From: Flectonema sp. DT1601
Lineage: Eukaryota
Assembly: GCA_964019425.1 (NCBI GenBank)
Contig: OZ025785.1
Location: forward strand, 1,612,001-1,676,000
Direction of reading: 5' to 3'
DNA: 64,000 nt
Shown here: positions 26,001 through 37,300 of the stretch, one piece after another
Position numbering within the stretch: position 1 is the stretch's first letter
Layout: each line of letters begins with the position of its first letter
The notes under the pieces: model-generated
The model's input: only the letters and a program-made list of their open reading frames with translations
Told to the model about the DNA's origin: nothing
Database searches by the model: none
Made by a program: the position numbers and the translations under genes

Positions 26001-26386
26001 AGAAACTTTCTTTTTCATTTAATGCGAAGCAGCGGAAGCAACAGCGCAGACGGGAGCGTAGCGGGTCATTCAAAAATAATTTCCCTGCTCATCGTAATCA
26101 GGAGACTCCGTTGTCAGGTTCAATACTGGAGAGGTCACATTGCGCAGTGGCACGACAGACAACTCAGCCCCAGGGTAAGTTATCGAAGGCAGTCAAATCG
26201 AAAGTACCTGATGAAGAGAGCTCGTCGGACGAGGAGTTTCCTGAGAGGAGTGTTACGCAGCCACAAGAGCTAGTGAGTTCTAGGAAGTGCTCGCCTTTGA
26301 GGACGAGGAAGCAAAGTGATTCGAGTCATGAAGTTGATGGTGTTGATTTGGCCGAGTCCGTTAACTTTCAAGGAGACTCTGATTGA
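23090..26386 (+). CDS. Ionotropic glutamate receptor-like channel (ATD-S1-M1-pore-M3-S2-M4, long cytoplasmic tail), 1098 aa
   Basis: Signal peptide; LIVBP/ANF-type domain (GILGPTTSEQA, LPIVSHSATSSDLT, ILYSQDAYG); S1 motif ALTVTPARQDFLDFTFPW; pre-M1 LWRFLEPM; M3 AAYTAELTSFLT (SYTANLAAF-like); S2 AFALPKGSPL; M4 after GMSLEAMYG. Uninterrupted ORF. Confidence 0.92.
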   Translation: MATWNGEVLFVMFVVFSAIITTVDGQVAVVWGNEQGVITDAANAAVEKVFQETGWRGQLVQETDLQSTDSPAKIVSKLCTSISSGGILGILGPTTSEQAVVVGRTAAINNLPIVSHSATSSDLTDAAGFTTLSRSISLDAVQVKALLSFATKLGFTSCGILYSQDAYGVGILRRISDSNSILFTAIPIATNATTFSTEVKTLLYQHQQSLVLIVTGAIQTGLVLNEAQASGNLAKAGWLVSEAATGNLESSGFSGDVKNILGVRPIVTPIAGVADTLYAKTAYFATKILLETIFDLGLHTNPGDRYSAADCMSGSSSWVHGKQVSDVVRQKAKVYQNGMWELVNYQSGGWVRVGNRTEEETHVDSESIKWSTHKFPNPASLLTGDHLRILFPCNVAGLSDQTESGNSGTGILWDIVKNISAEYYFSYSPFISCYECDHSNCVEGNNLDQLSKGEFDVFAVALTVTPARQDFLDFTFPWATDAKRLLVLRQAEEETNLWRFLEPMEGAVYVSIIICVLVCGLALWIIEANRNPEIAVQGGLVSTLWLAFTHTFLINQDNPFTETGRILASGYLILATVFLAAYTAELTSFLTNAEDSLYAANKLEQFLTGEVPIHLLGVELDSAVDGILTDSIQVSGYRLIRNQTEAHNLLRSGVISAFIESMLYFDFHRECDLELRGPEISQLQEFKAFALPKGSPLTSAFDRAIVYLSHVRGSDTIRAAHVAATEGINCPDDEESDEATGMSLEAMYGPLIVTGGIFAAAFLLRLVRFVRNYFHKRRLAKTKVRWASRLSLLPSKSIMELALGMMPVFTASQARTRKELVDQIVSRLLLLVKPAGYETHIGVKSLLIISSVLKISLKVETSAREMAELVREKLDGKLNAEERLRAERDGGASFLSLDLSQSVRSDLSTATFEPLGSRDTDSVTSHNVTRTRTQPLSQSDKRRRSSLNPPSPRSSSVEPLKQSEDPPKQQKKLSFSFNAKQRKQQRRRERSGSFKNNFPAHRNQETPLSGSILERSHCAVARQTTQPQGKLSKAVKSKVPDEESSSDEEFPERSVTQPQELVSSRKCSPLRTRKQSDSSHEVDGVDLAESVNFQGDSD

Positions 26387-26805
26387 TATCAACTGAATTA
26401 TTAAACTAAACGAATCACCTGCCGAACGACTTCTTTTTTTTGAATTTTAATTAGTTTGCGTCTCCTTCCTGCCTGCGAGATAAAGTCAGGGTTTGCATTA
26501 ATCCCGTCTAATGCTTACCAGCAGTAGTTTGTTATTATATTCTGTTTGTGTCATTTACTGTGTTGCAATTATTTAAGGAAATGAATTTATTTGTACTTAT
26601 CAATGCCGCTGTTTATTGATTCAGTTTGTTAGCAGGTCGCTGATGGGAGGAAGTAGTTTAACGAGGTTTCCACAGAATAAGTGCCAGAACCTGATGAGTT
26701 GCTTTAATTTGTTTCTAACTATTTCAACTAAGTGATCCATACTACGTAGTGGTCGCACAATAATAATAATAATTCATTCTTGTCAGTTCTTATTGTAAAG
26801 AAAAG

Positions 26806-27572
26806 ATGCCGCCACCCCCGAGAATCCTTTTGTTGGGTTCACCCGGATCCGGGAAATCATTTTACGGACAGATGATAAGTAAAACCTTTGAAGTACCTTT
26901 CTACTCAATGGGGAATGTTCTGAAGTCTAGAGCTACAGAAGAAGATAGGAGAAAGATGGAAGGAGGTAGTCTGGCAGATCCGAATATAGTTTCGAGAGTT
27001 TATAAAGGAATGGCTGAAGAGTTTGATAAAGGAATGGTCTTCGATGGGTATCCGAGATCTGTAGAACAAGTTGAAAATTTTAAAAACATAATAACTGAAG
27101 ACAAAAGACTTCGGCCAGACTTTGCACTTCATTTCATTCTCAGGAGAGATGTCATCGAAGCAAAGTTGGGAGGCAGAAGGGAATGTCCTTCTTGTGGTTC
27201 GCTCTACAACTGCGCAGATGTTAATACCGATGGCATCGTAATGCCGGCAATTCTCCCAAAGTCCGGAGATGCTTCTGTTTGTGATTGCGGTACTGAAACA
27301 ATTATCAGACCAGATGATAATTCTGATGTCGTCAAACTTCGACTCGACCGCCACGAGTCTTGCTGGAACTCAATGCAAAGCCAACTCCGCGAAGTGATTC
27401 CTGTCATCGATATCAAATTAATGGGCGGCTCTCATATAGCCTGGCCTACAATTGTATGTTATTATTTCTTTTTTTTGGAATGAGCGATTGTAGTGAGAAC
27501 TCGAAGGACTGCAACAAACAAAAACAGCGTCAAGTAGCACTCGCGAATGCTGCTGGTGTGACTCGAGGCTGA
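26806..27572 (+). CDS. Adenylate kinase with Cys-containing LID (2 exons: 26806-27453, 27528-27572; ~230 aa)
   Basis: P-loop GSPGSGKS, FDGYPRSVEQ, LID RRECPSCG...CDCG...RPDD. Intron GTATGT...AAAACAG (27454-27527) gives ...PTI|RQVALANAAGVTRG*. Confidence 0.9.
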
Positions 27573-28080
27573 TACTTTGACTTTAATGTTACGTCATCTA
27601 CGCACTTTAAATCACAAACTACAACCTACTCTTCCTGTGTCCAATGTAGACACCTTCAGTCCAATGTTTTTTTCAGGGAATGTGCTGTCTGCGCGTTTTT
27701 TTCGATTGGGATCCCAGCAGCTGCTGCTGTTTTCTTTATCCCGCTCTCTTAATTAATTATATTGCAACTGAATGCCGTTATTAAATTGCTCCCTCTGAAA
27801 TTCTTATCAATTAGTTGTTAGCTACTATTTCAACGACCCGATTAGATGCTTCTGATAATTATTCGTTTGCGGCTTCGAATCAGATCGCTTCGTAGAAGCG
27901 AAAACATCTACGACTACCGGATTGCAACTTATACGTGTTTTAATTATTCAACTGTTCCATCTTTTTTTTGTTACTGACAGGTACTTAGCAGTTAGAATAC
28001 CCTCTTTTGTAGTATTTTATTACAGGACCGTCAGGTGGTTTTTAATTAGTTTAATACTTGTCTTCAGTTTGTCATATAAG

Positions 28081-31000
28081 ATGCCGGTTTCTAGGCAACA
28101 AGTGAGACCCCCGCCGCCACCTTCGGAAGTACCTGAACAGCAGGTTGAAGAAATAGAAGAACTGGAGTATGTGAGAGCGGAACCAGAGATCCCTGCAGGG
28201 CAAGAAGTCGTCGAGATTATTGCGGAGGAAGAGATCATCGACATTGAAGACGACGGATGGCAAGAAAATATAATTGTTCGATTTCCAAAGGAACAGGTCG
28301 AAGAGCTCGTCAATTATTTAATAGTACAGCTGCTGGAACAAGGTTACAGCGAGGCAGAGGCCAGCGAAAAGGCAGCAGAGATGCTCGATGACCCGGCATC
28401 GCAACTCGTGATGGCGAGAGAGCTTCACAAACCTGTTTTAGTGAGAGCTCTGACTAGTTTTTATGAACAGAATGACCCGTCAAGATTACAGTTCATAGAA
28501 CAGCAGGTGAACACCTACACAGGACGCACTGAGGAATTGCTGGAACTCTTATCAAAAAGATACGGAGGAAGTAGCGCCGGTATCGATGCAGTCATGAGCG
28601 TCGTAGAAGAAGAACGCGAGTGGATCGCAGTCACTGAGAGATCGACAACTGCGGGCGCATCATCTCGCAGGAGTTCGAATGTCCATGACTCCGGCAGGAG
28701 ATTCTTGACGTCTTTTTTTAATAAGTTTGATTCAAAGAGGATCGCAGAGATCGATGCGCTGTTGTTAATGTACGAAGACGGCGACTTAGGAGAGCTTCGC
28801 AGATCCCTCTGTCAGGACTATGCTTCAAACACCGATGCCTTGGAAATGCTTCTGAGAATGAAAGTATCCAACGATGACTCCAACACTGGTCGCGAAAGTT
28901 GGCTCCTCAGCAACGCCCGTTATGCCAATCGTGCTCGCAAAAGCCGAAGCTCGCTCTCTCTTTTTATTGAAGCTGTTGGTTTCAGTAGCACTTTTCACCA
29001 TTTTGTGACATTTTGGCTGATCAGCTCATGCACCTTCACTGTTTTGTATGGACTTCAGTTACTAACAAATCTCTTTTTGGCAATGTTTTTACCAACTTCT
29101 ACAAATGGTACCTGGCAGAGCATTGGTTTAATTTGTTTGTTCTTCCTGTTGACCTTCTTCCTGGGTTCATACTTCACTCAGGTTCGAAGAGTCATCCTCG
29201 GGTGGGCGTTCATGACTGAAGCTGCCTACTTTGCCGACAGGGACTTCAGTTTGGTTGGAGAAAACAATCCGAACCCGCCACCTTCTCATTTAAAAGCGTC
29301 GCTCCCACCAATTGTGAAGAGAACGATATTAATGCTCCCGACAGGAAAGTATCTCAAGAGGGAATTCTACTTGGGGCTCATAATAGTTGTGATGGGTGTC
29401 GCTCCGATTATATTCGCTCTGGCTTCTGTTGCTGTTAAAGGAGAAACGATCACACACGCTGTTGGAGAATGGGTGGTTTGGAACCTGTCTTGTAGTACTA
29501 TTTTAGTAACTCTTGTTTGGGCTTACGGTTGGTGCTGTGCTACTGTCAGAAAGTGGAGAGTCGTTCGCAAGCAGAATTCATCATCGACTCCACCGTCATC
29601 GAAGTGGTATTCCAATCCTCAACTTCTTCAGGAGTGGGGATTAGACAAAGGTAATTTAAGTATTAATATCGCCCTGTTTGTTATTTCGTTTACAATTCTT
29701 TGTGTTGTGTACTGGGCCCATACAAGAAACTCCTCCAGCCTGTCAGTTACCTGGACTGTAGTTTGTCTTCTAATTATTTGTTCCATTCAGGGACTTCGCG
29801 AACTTTGGAGATCCGATTACTCGAAGTTCACACCGCACGCAACACTCTTTTTGATTTTTGTGTTTTGTGGTGTTGGTCTTATCGGAACTGCGGTAGCTTC
29901 CGGAAAGCTCGCTGCTACTTTCTTCGTTTTGTTACTTCTCTCTCACGGGATGACAATTAAAAGAAATTGTGAACTTGACGAGGTATGTGTCGCCTGTTTA
30001 TATTTAGTTATCTTATTTAATTAATACGTATTTCACTCGAAGACTAACTAAACAGACTGAAGACGAGAACTGTATGGCTAGAGCACTCGAGCGTATGACC
30101 CTCGCTGGTGACGAAGACATCGCCGAGATCGATGAAGCGACTCCATTGAAAGTGGGAAAGGTTTGTAGTTTTCTGTTGCGGTGTTGTTGTTGTTTTCTCT
30201 AAAGCACTTTCCACTATAACTACAAACAGGCTAAAGCAATGGCAGCACGCCGCAACCAGTCCATCCCGCCAGTTGAAAAGAATGGATCTATTTGGAAGAT
30301 GCTTCCCTGCTCTGAATTTTTGAGGTCGTTTTTGGCTTTTCCCTGCAACTGTTGGCCAATTGAGAAGCCAGTGAGAGACTCCTATCGCAGGGCATGGAGG
30401 CCGGCAAAGTTATATTACCCTAGAGTTCCGAAGGTCATCATGTCCTTCAGCAGTTTAATTTGTGCTTCTTTTCTTCTGATGTTCGTCATTTCTTCGATTG
30501 TTATGTTCTCAACTGCTGAAACAATGAAAGGAACAGTCACACGAGCATCTGTTGGAGTTGTTGGCACCAAAAGACTTCCAATTTGTAACTTAAAATGGAA
30601 CGGAGAGAGAACTGTTGTCGACATGGCGTTACTATCTCAGTTGTCATATCACAGCGATGCTGACGACTTCTCTGCAGACATGACGCAGTGGTTCGGTAGT
30701 TCGTTGGAATTACAACTGCCAAACCGAACCTCACTCGCTGAGCTGCTGTCTTCTGACTTCGGTGAGAGTAACTCGAGAGATATTGGCCTCCTCGACTTCA
30801 AGCCGACAGACAGTACGAACACTCACATCGTTGTTGTTCGTTCGAATATCGATGGTCAGTTGATGGTGAGAGATCTTCAGCTCTGGTCAGAGTCGTTGTT
30901 ATTCTCGGTCCTCAAAATCGTCGTCCCGTTGACAAGATTCTGGTCCGATGACTTGGCTTCTGACTTCGTGTACACATCAGGTCATATTCCAAATATTTTA

Positions 31001-31378
31001 GGTGACAGGAAAGGAATTGATAGCGCGACTGAATACATCAGAAATCTACGAAACTCTGGAAAGACAGTAACTGTTGTAGGTCACGGTGTTAACGGTGGCT
31101 ATGCCAGAGTTCTAGCGTCACTTACAGACAGTGAGGCTGTAACTTTTAATGCGCCCGGCTATCGCTGGATGGGTAGGAGAATTGGAGCAGACAACAACAT
31201 CCATCGCGAGGTCTCAATTTCGAGTGAAAAGGACGCGTTTCGTAACATCGACAAACAGTCTGGTGGGCAGCAAACTATTCCTTGCGATGAATCAATTATT
31301 AACTGCCACGAACTATCACACACAGTGTGCTCATTGACATCATCCTGTGGTGACAGCAGATCAGTGAGCGGATGTTAG
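28081..31378 (+). CDS. Multi-pass membrane protein with C-terminal class-3 lipase-like domain lacking the catalytic Ser (3 exons: 28081-29982, 30056-30160, 30230-31378; ~1051 aa)
   Basis: Two phase-0 GT-AG introns (29983-30055, 30161-30229) join ORFs 27922-30024 and 30239-31378. Acidic N-terminus and many hydrophobic segments. Lipase-3-like features DMALLSQLSY, HIVVVRS, RDLQLW, VTVVGHGVNGG, AVTFNAPG, C..H. Confidence 0.8.
30161..30229 (+). other. 69-nt GT-AG cis-intron with a perfect 10-bp terminal inverted repeat
   Basis: GTTTGTAGTT (30161-30170) is complementary to AACTACAAAC (30218-30227), immediately before the AG; removal keeps the reading frame. Confidence 0.85.
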
Positions 31379-32083
31379 CTGAAGACCTCAATTTGATTGT
31401 CGTCTTTGAGTTGAATCGTCAGCACGCTGATCGAATAGTTTCAGTGTTTCCAAAATAGATTCAAATTATTAATTTTACTTTTAGTGTTTTATTTTCTCTT
31501 TTTTTTTCTCCAACTTTTGATTTTAGGTCTTCGAGAACGGAGTCAGTAGATTGTCAACAATAATAATTATCCTTTACCTTTCTTTAGATTTCCTTTTTGT
31601 TTTCTTTTTTTAAAAAAGAACACTTCTAACATTGTGTTCAGTCCGTTAGAATATCTCAATCCCCTGAGAGGCTTAACACTGTTTGAAGTGTTGTTGCTGA
31701 TGACTAGCAGTTGGTAACCGGAATGGCATCAAAGGTTAGGAATCGTTCCCTCCCTTCACAAACATTCGAAAAATTAACAAACAAAAAACTCAAAAGTACT
31801 GACAACTCCCACCAGTGCTACTCCCCTCTCACAAATTGTTTTTTAGATAACTTCATTAAGGGGTTCGTAGATGAACAGAATAATATTTACTTACTCAGGC
31901 AGCTGGTTGGATTATTTTTATTCGTCACATTTAAACAGCAACATCAAACTTATTGAGAGGTGTGAGGATAAAGTTTGAATTAATTATTAGTTGCGGAGAT
32001 ATTTATATTATGTCTGCAGTCTTCATTCAGGTTTACTTTTAAACATTATTCTCTGAACAGTACTTACCCCCACAAGACACGAA

Positions 32084-33267
32084 ATGGGGGGCGAGGTGAA
32101 ATCGCTTCTCGGGGAGCCGCCGGTAAAGAGAGTGCCAGGAAAGGATTATGCGACTCCCGAATTCTTGTGGCCGGAAGTTTGGATTCCAATTGAAGAGGAC
32201 TACTTGATCGACTTGAGGCCTTGCGCATGTAAGCTTCTCGATTATTACTATTTCGGTAACATGGCTTTCGCAAAGGAAAGGGAGTTGTTAGAGAAGAGCG
32301 GCATCACTCACATCTTGTCGCTCACAAGACAGAAATTACCAGACGATGTGAGGGCTAACTACAAATGGAAGCAAATACAAGTCAGCGACACACCGCACAC
32401 CTCGATAGCGCACACGTTTGATACCGCGTTCGAACAAATAGAAGCCGCTCGAGCTAGTGGAGGTCGTGTTTTCGTTCATTGCAGAGCTGGTGTGTCTCGA
32501 GTGTCTTGCATAACAATTGCTTACGTCATGAAGACACTTCATATGCGTCTCAAGGAATCTTATTTATTCGTTAAGAGAGCTCGCCCTGTTGCTCATCCTA
32601 ACAAAGGATTTCTATCTCAACTCATCGATTACGAGTCTCACCTTTTCGGTCCAGGCACATCACCCCAACTTGATCTCCCGTCTCTGCCTTACGCAGTTTG
32701 GGAACGCGTTGAACACCTCAGACTGAATTCTCCGATACCTCCGTTAGCGGTGTGTGTTTTGTTTTCAACTTTTAATTTGGACGCTGTCACCTCTTTCTGA
32801 CCATTGAAATCAAAAATAACGAAAAATAACAATCAGATTTGTAACTTGACAGAGGAAGCTGTAAAGGAAGCCTATCGCCAGAAGTATGGAACAGAGGTAT
32901 GTGTGTTGTGTGGCGACCACTGCCAGTGTGTAACAATAGGACGAGGCGGTATCAGTCTGAGCGGAAACACAACGGGCTTGCAGAACAATTCAAAGGAATG
33001 TTCAAAACAATAAACAAACAGAACATCTACAGAACGATGGATGCCGGACTTGGGGGGAAAATGGGTCTTCACTGCGTGCATTTATATACCGTCGCTGACT
33101 TTGATGTAATTGACTACGCGATTCGGACTGTTCTCGACCCTTCTCAAAATCAGGGAGATCCGCCGAAATGTTTACACGATTGGCCGCCGTTATTCTTACT
33201 AGAAAGGCAGCGACAGCCATTAACAAATGGGACTGCGAGTGCAACACCGAGTGGTGAGGCTAAGTAA
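32084..33267 (+). CDS. Dual-specificity protein phosphatase (3 exons: 32084-32749, 32837-32896, 33022-33267; ~323 aa)
   Basis: GITHILSL, general-acid Asp in VSDTPH, active site VFVHCRAGVSR (CX5R), AYVMK, PNKGFLSQL. Introns 32750-32836 and 32897-33021 give a continuous frame; the 3' exons are less certain. Confidence 0.88.
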
Positions 33268-34382
33268 GTATTGGGATAAAGAACTTATAGTCAGGAGTAC
33301 ACGAGACTGTTGAGAACTGTAGTTTTGAATAAACTGAGAATCCGCCCCCCCCTTTTGCATAAATTTAGTACACAGTTCTCACACACACCCCTCTGGTACT
33401 GCTATTGTAGTAAATGATCAATTAATCAACTCGTTCATTAAAGAACCTGATTGTGATACTGCAAGAAAGAAGTATTTCAGATCCCAACAGTCTGCCCACT
33501 ACCCATCCTGTACTATTTTCTTGCCTTTATCTGTTGAGTTATAAGTTCCTCCACTCTACTGGCGGCCTTTCTCAAGATTTCTTTTTTTCTTTAATTGTGA
33601 GAAGTTTAGTTCTGTGCACAAGACCTGAACTGTTTCTAATTAAGATTGTCAGATGACTGAAAGTATCTTTCCATCTGTTTGCAGCTCTGGGTTGTTGTCA
33701 CGGCAGTGACTCCCTCAAGTGACTCTCCCAACTCGTCCGATGCCTCACGAAGCTACTTTAACTACCTCAACTGGTATTGCGATTCTTTCGTTCACTAGTT
33801 GTCAGGATTCCTGCGATGATGAAAATTTACCATTTCTTTTATTTTGTTGTTTATCCATCTTTCTTCTATCCACTTGTGGGGCGTACGAAGTCGGCTTTAG
33901 CCTCCAAGTGTTCGGCTTCACAGTACGTTTAGTTCTAAAGTTGTAAGTGAGCTCTACTTTATACAATTTCTTTGAATTAATGTGACAAGCGAGCATATGA
34001 AATAGAACAACTGGTCTCTCCAAACAGAAGTTCGGAGGTCCCTCTGAATTAATTGTATTCTCAGGTTTTACTTTAGATGAGGACCTTTAGCTTTCGTTGG
34101 ATAGTTGATAAACAAAACTATTCTGATCTCGCAAAGTATTTCTTTAAATTGTGTATTTTTGTTAAGCCGTTTTGTTAACATTTCTTAAGACATGTTGTCA
34201 GTTGGTATTAATTTTATTTATCAAATCGTTGTACCTCAACAGGAACTCAAATGATGAAGAAGTCGCTGTTTGTCAGATGCGTTCGCTCTGAATTTGTTGA
34301 AGCTATCACAAAAGGCGGTTTCACACTTCCAAGAAATTAACGGATATTAACGGAGTAATTATTTCTTCTTTCCTTTACAGTG

Positions 34383-37300
34383 ATGGGGTGGGAAAGATGC
34401 CTCCTGCACGCAGTTGGGTTACTTATTTGCTGTCAAGTGAGTGAAGCTGCATGGCCAGCTGGTTGCATTAACAGCACTGAGAACTCGTCTCCAATTGGAA
34501 TGCCTTGTTTGGATGTTTGGTCAAACTTCGGATTCGTCACCATCAAGGGAGCACAATGTGCGAATCCAACAAGGGAACCCGAAGGAACCTGGTGTTATTG
34601 GGGAACTGGTGTGACTGAGTGGGGGAGATGTGAACCTTGTCCAACTCCTGTACCTCCACAAATACCTCCTACGTCACAACCGACGGCACCACCGACAGCA
34701 ATACCGACATCAGTACCGACTGCCATTCCAACCGCAGTGCCAACAGCTGAACCAACTGCAGTCCCGATACCGACTGCGGTACCCACTGAAGTCCCGACTG
34801 TTTCACCACCAGCTGCGATGCCGACGACGGAAATTCCAACTGCTACACCAACCGCAGCTCCTACATCGGTACCAACTTCGATACCAAATCCAACAGTTGT
34901 TCCAACTGCAGTCCCAATTCCAACTGCGGTCCCAACTGCAGTCCCAACAGCCGTCCCAATTCCAACAGCAGTCCCAACAGCAGTCCCAACAGCAGTCCCA
35001 ATGATTGCAGCAACTTCTTTGCCAACAGCAATTCCAACGCAATTGCCGGCAGTCGGACTAACCGCGAACCCCACACCGTTGCCGACTGGACTACCAAGTT
35101 CTCTAACACCCCAACAGTCGGATGCACCGACGACGCCGCTCCCATCAAATCCTGTGGGTGCGGTACCTGTGCAGACATTAACGCCGTCGGGTAATCTAAA
35201 CGAAAAACTTTCGATCACATGGTCGACTCCCTCAGAAATCGGAACGAAGGAGATTGCAAAAGGAGTGACTTTGGAACTATCGCTCAGCAACTCGTCGAGC
35301 GCAAGATTTTCAGATTCGTTGTCTGCGATTGCCAATGGCATTACGGCCGAGTTACTATCTGGAGAGGTAGCAGACGTTGAGATTATTAGGAACACGGGAA
35401 AGACACTCACCATTAGCGTCACTCTAGCTAGTACTGTGGATGTGAAATCAGTTACTGAGGACGAGTTAGTTCTAACAGTTAACAGCGAGGCTTTTAGTTC
35501 ACCAGATGTCAAAGTTGACGAATCGAAGAAAATTAAAATACCAATCAAAGTGGAGCCCGATCATTTCGAAAGTCGTTTGAACTCTCTGACATCAGCCGCG
35601 AGTGTTATCGGAGCACAGTCTGGGCCAGCAGCCCTGCAGGCGCAGCAAATGTTTTTAGCTGGCTTGCAATGTGGCGAAAACGGAGATCCCCCACTCGAGT
35701 GGATCTTTCACCCAACTGGTTTGGAAATCGGTGGTCGAAAATGTATGGGTGCCGTTCTCTTGAACCCTGTGATTATTGCGGTTGTATTTTTCCTACAAAT
35801 AGTTGTTGGCAGACTACTTCACTATCGGCTGTCGAACAGAATGCATCCCGCAAAGTACTCTCTGAGAGAATCTTTTGCTGTGATCTCATTTCCATCATTC
35901 ACTTTGGTAGTTGTGATGGTTCTGTTTCAAGGGACTGCTGTTTGTTCCTCATCTGTCATGTTGCGACCGATGGACTCACCAGCCTGGCACAGTGTTGTTG
36001 GTGGGTTCGTTTTTGTCTTCCAACTTGCATTTTGCGGCTGGCTATATTTCGCATTGAATCGCGCAGTACCTTCAAAAGCAGTTTACCGACTCGAAAGGAA
36101 GTCAGAAAATAAATCAGAAGTCAGGAGATTCTTTATAGGAGAAGGAGAATGGGTGAGCACTTGTCGTCATTGCAGATATGCACAGAGATACTCTGTAGCG
36201 TTAAGAAGTTGGAAGATGGCAAGTCTGGCTTGGGCGAGTTCAGATTTTCTGATTTGCATTGCTATTGCTCTGATTGCTTCTCTGAGACCGGCTTCGTCAG
36301 GAGGCTGTGGGAATATTCGAATCATGGCGGCCGTGCTTTCCTTCATTGTGGCGGCTCTGAAGGGATACAGTAAACCACATTGTCGAGTCCGCGATAACTT
36401 TATTGACACTATTCGTTTAGTTATCCAGGGGCTTGGTTTCCTTTTCCTCGGTATTGGCTTCCACGCCTCGGACGGAGAGGCATTCAACGACATCGGCACG
36501 CTGTTGATCACTGGAGCTGTTTGCATCATTTTGTTGAAGGCACTTGTTGACCTCATTTGTTGGTTTTATATCCAATTAACACGACGCAGGGAAAAGCTTC
36601 AGGCAGAACTCTGGGCACACGATGTGGAAGATAATGAAACGGAAGAGCCGTTCGACATGTTACCGATAGTGAAGGAGACGGAAGAGAAAGAAGACGATAA
36701 AGATATTGAAGATTTGGCGGTACTGAATCTAAATGTGAAACCTGAGCCAACAGGACAGGGAACTTGGGATGAAATGCTTGGGGACATTACGAGTACTTTC
36801 GGAGGGGGTGACAAAGACGTGACAAACGACATTTCCTGGGAGGGAATGATGCGCGACATGACTGAATTTGGTAGCGGTGCCCCGCAAAGCAGGCAGGGAA
36901 GCAGTGAGACGCAACCTTATCAGCCGCCATCTATCGCTGGAGATCTGGTCTCCTCTCAGGAGGTACTCGACGTCGGTAGCGTAGGTAGCACAGCTCCCGC
37001 AGATCTGATATCACCAACTTCTAGTTTTACTTTTCCATCTGCAATTCCCCCTGCGATTCCCCCTGCAGCTACTCCAATTCGATCAAGTAATTCGATGACA
37101 CCTCCCACTCGCGGACGTCGATCACCAGGATTCTCGATGATAAAATCTCCGTCGGCAGCGGGAGATTACGTATCGTCAAGTTCATCTCAACAGGGTTCCC
37201 CTTCAGCTGGACACACGAGCACCTTCGTTACTTCTCCCGCTCCGCTCCCGCCAATTCGGGGACGCCGAAAGTCAGCTGGATATCATTTGACCGCAGCAAT

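Noticed and set aside
27922..28080. Upstream extensions of track ORFs (also 21478-21537 and 48224-48394)
   Set aside because: T-rich acceptor/UTR-like sequence, mostly non-ATG starts; protein-like sequence begins at the downstream ATG.
34595..35548. 317-aa minus-strand ORF with GTAV repeats
   Set aside because: Antisense shadow of the PTAV repeat in the + strand gene.
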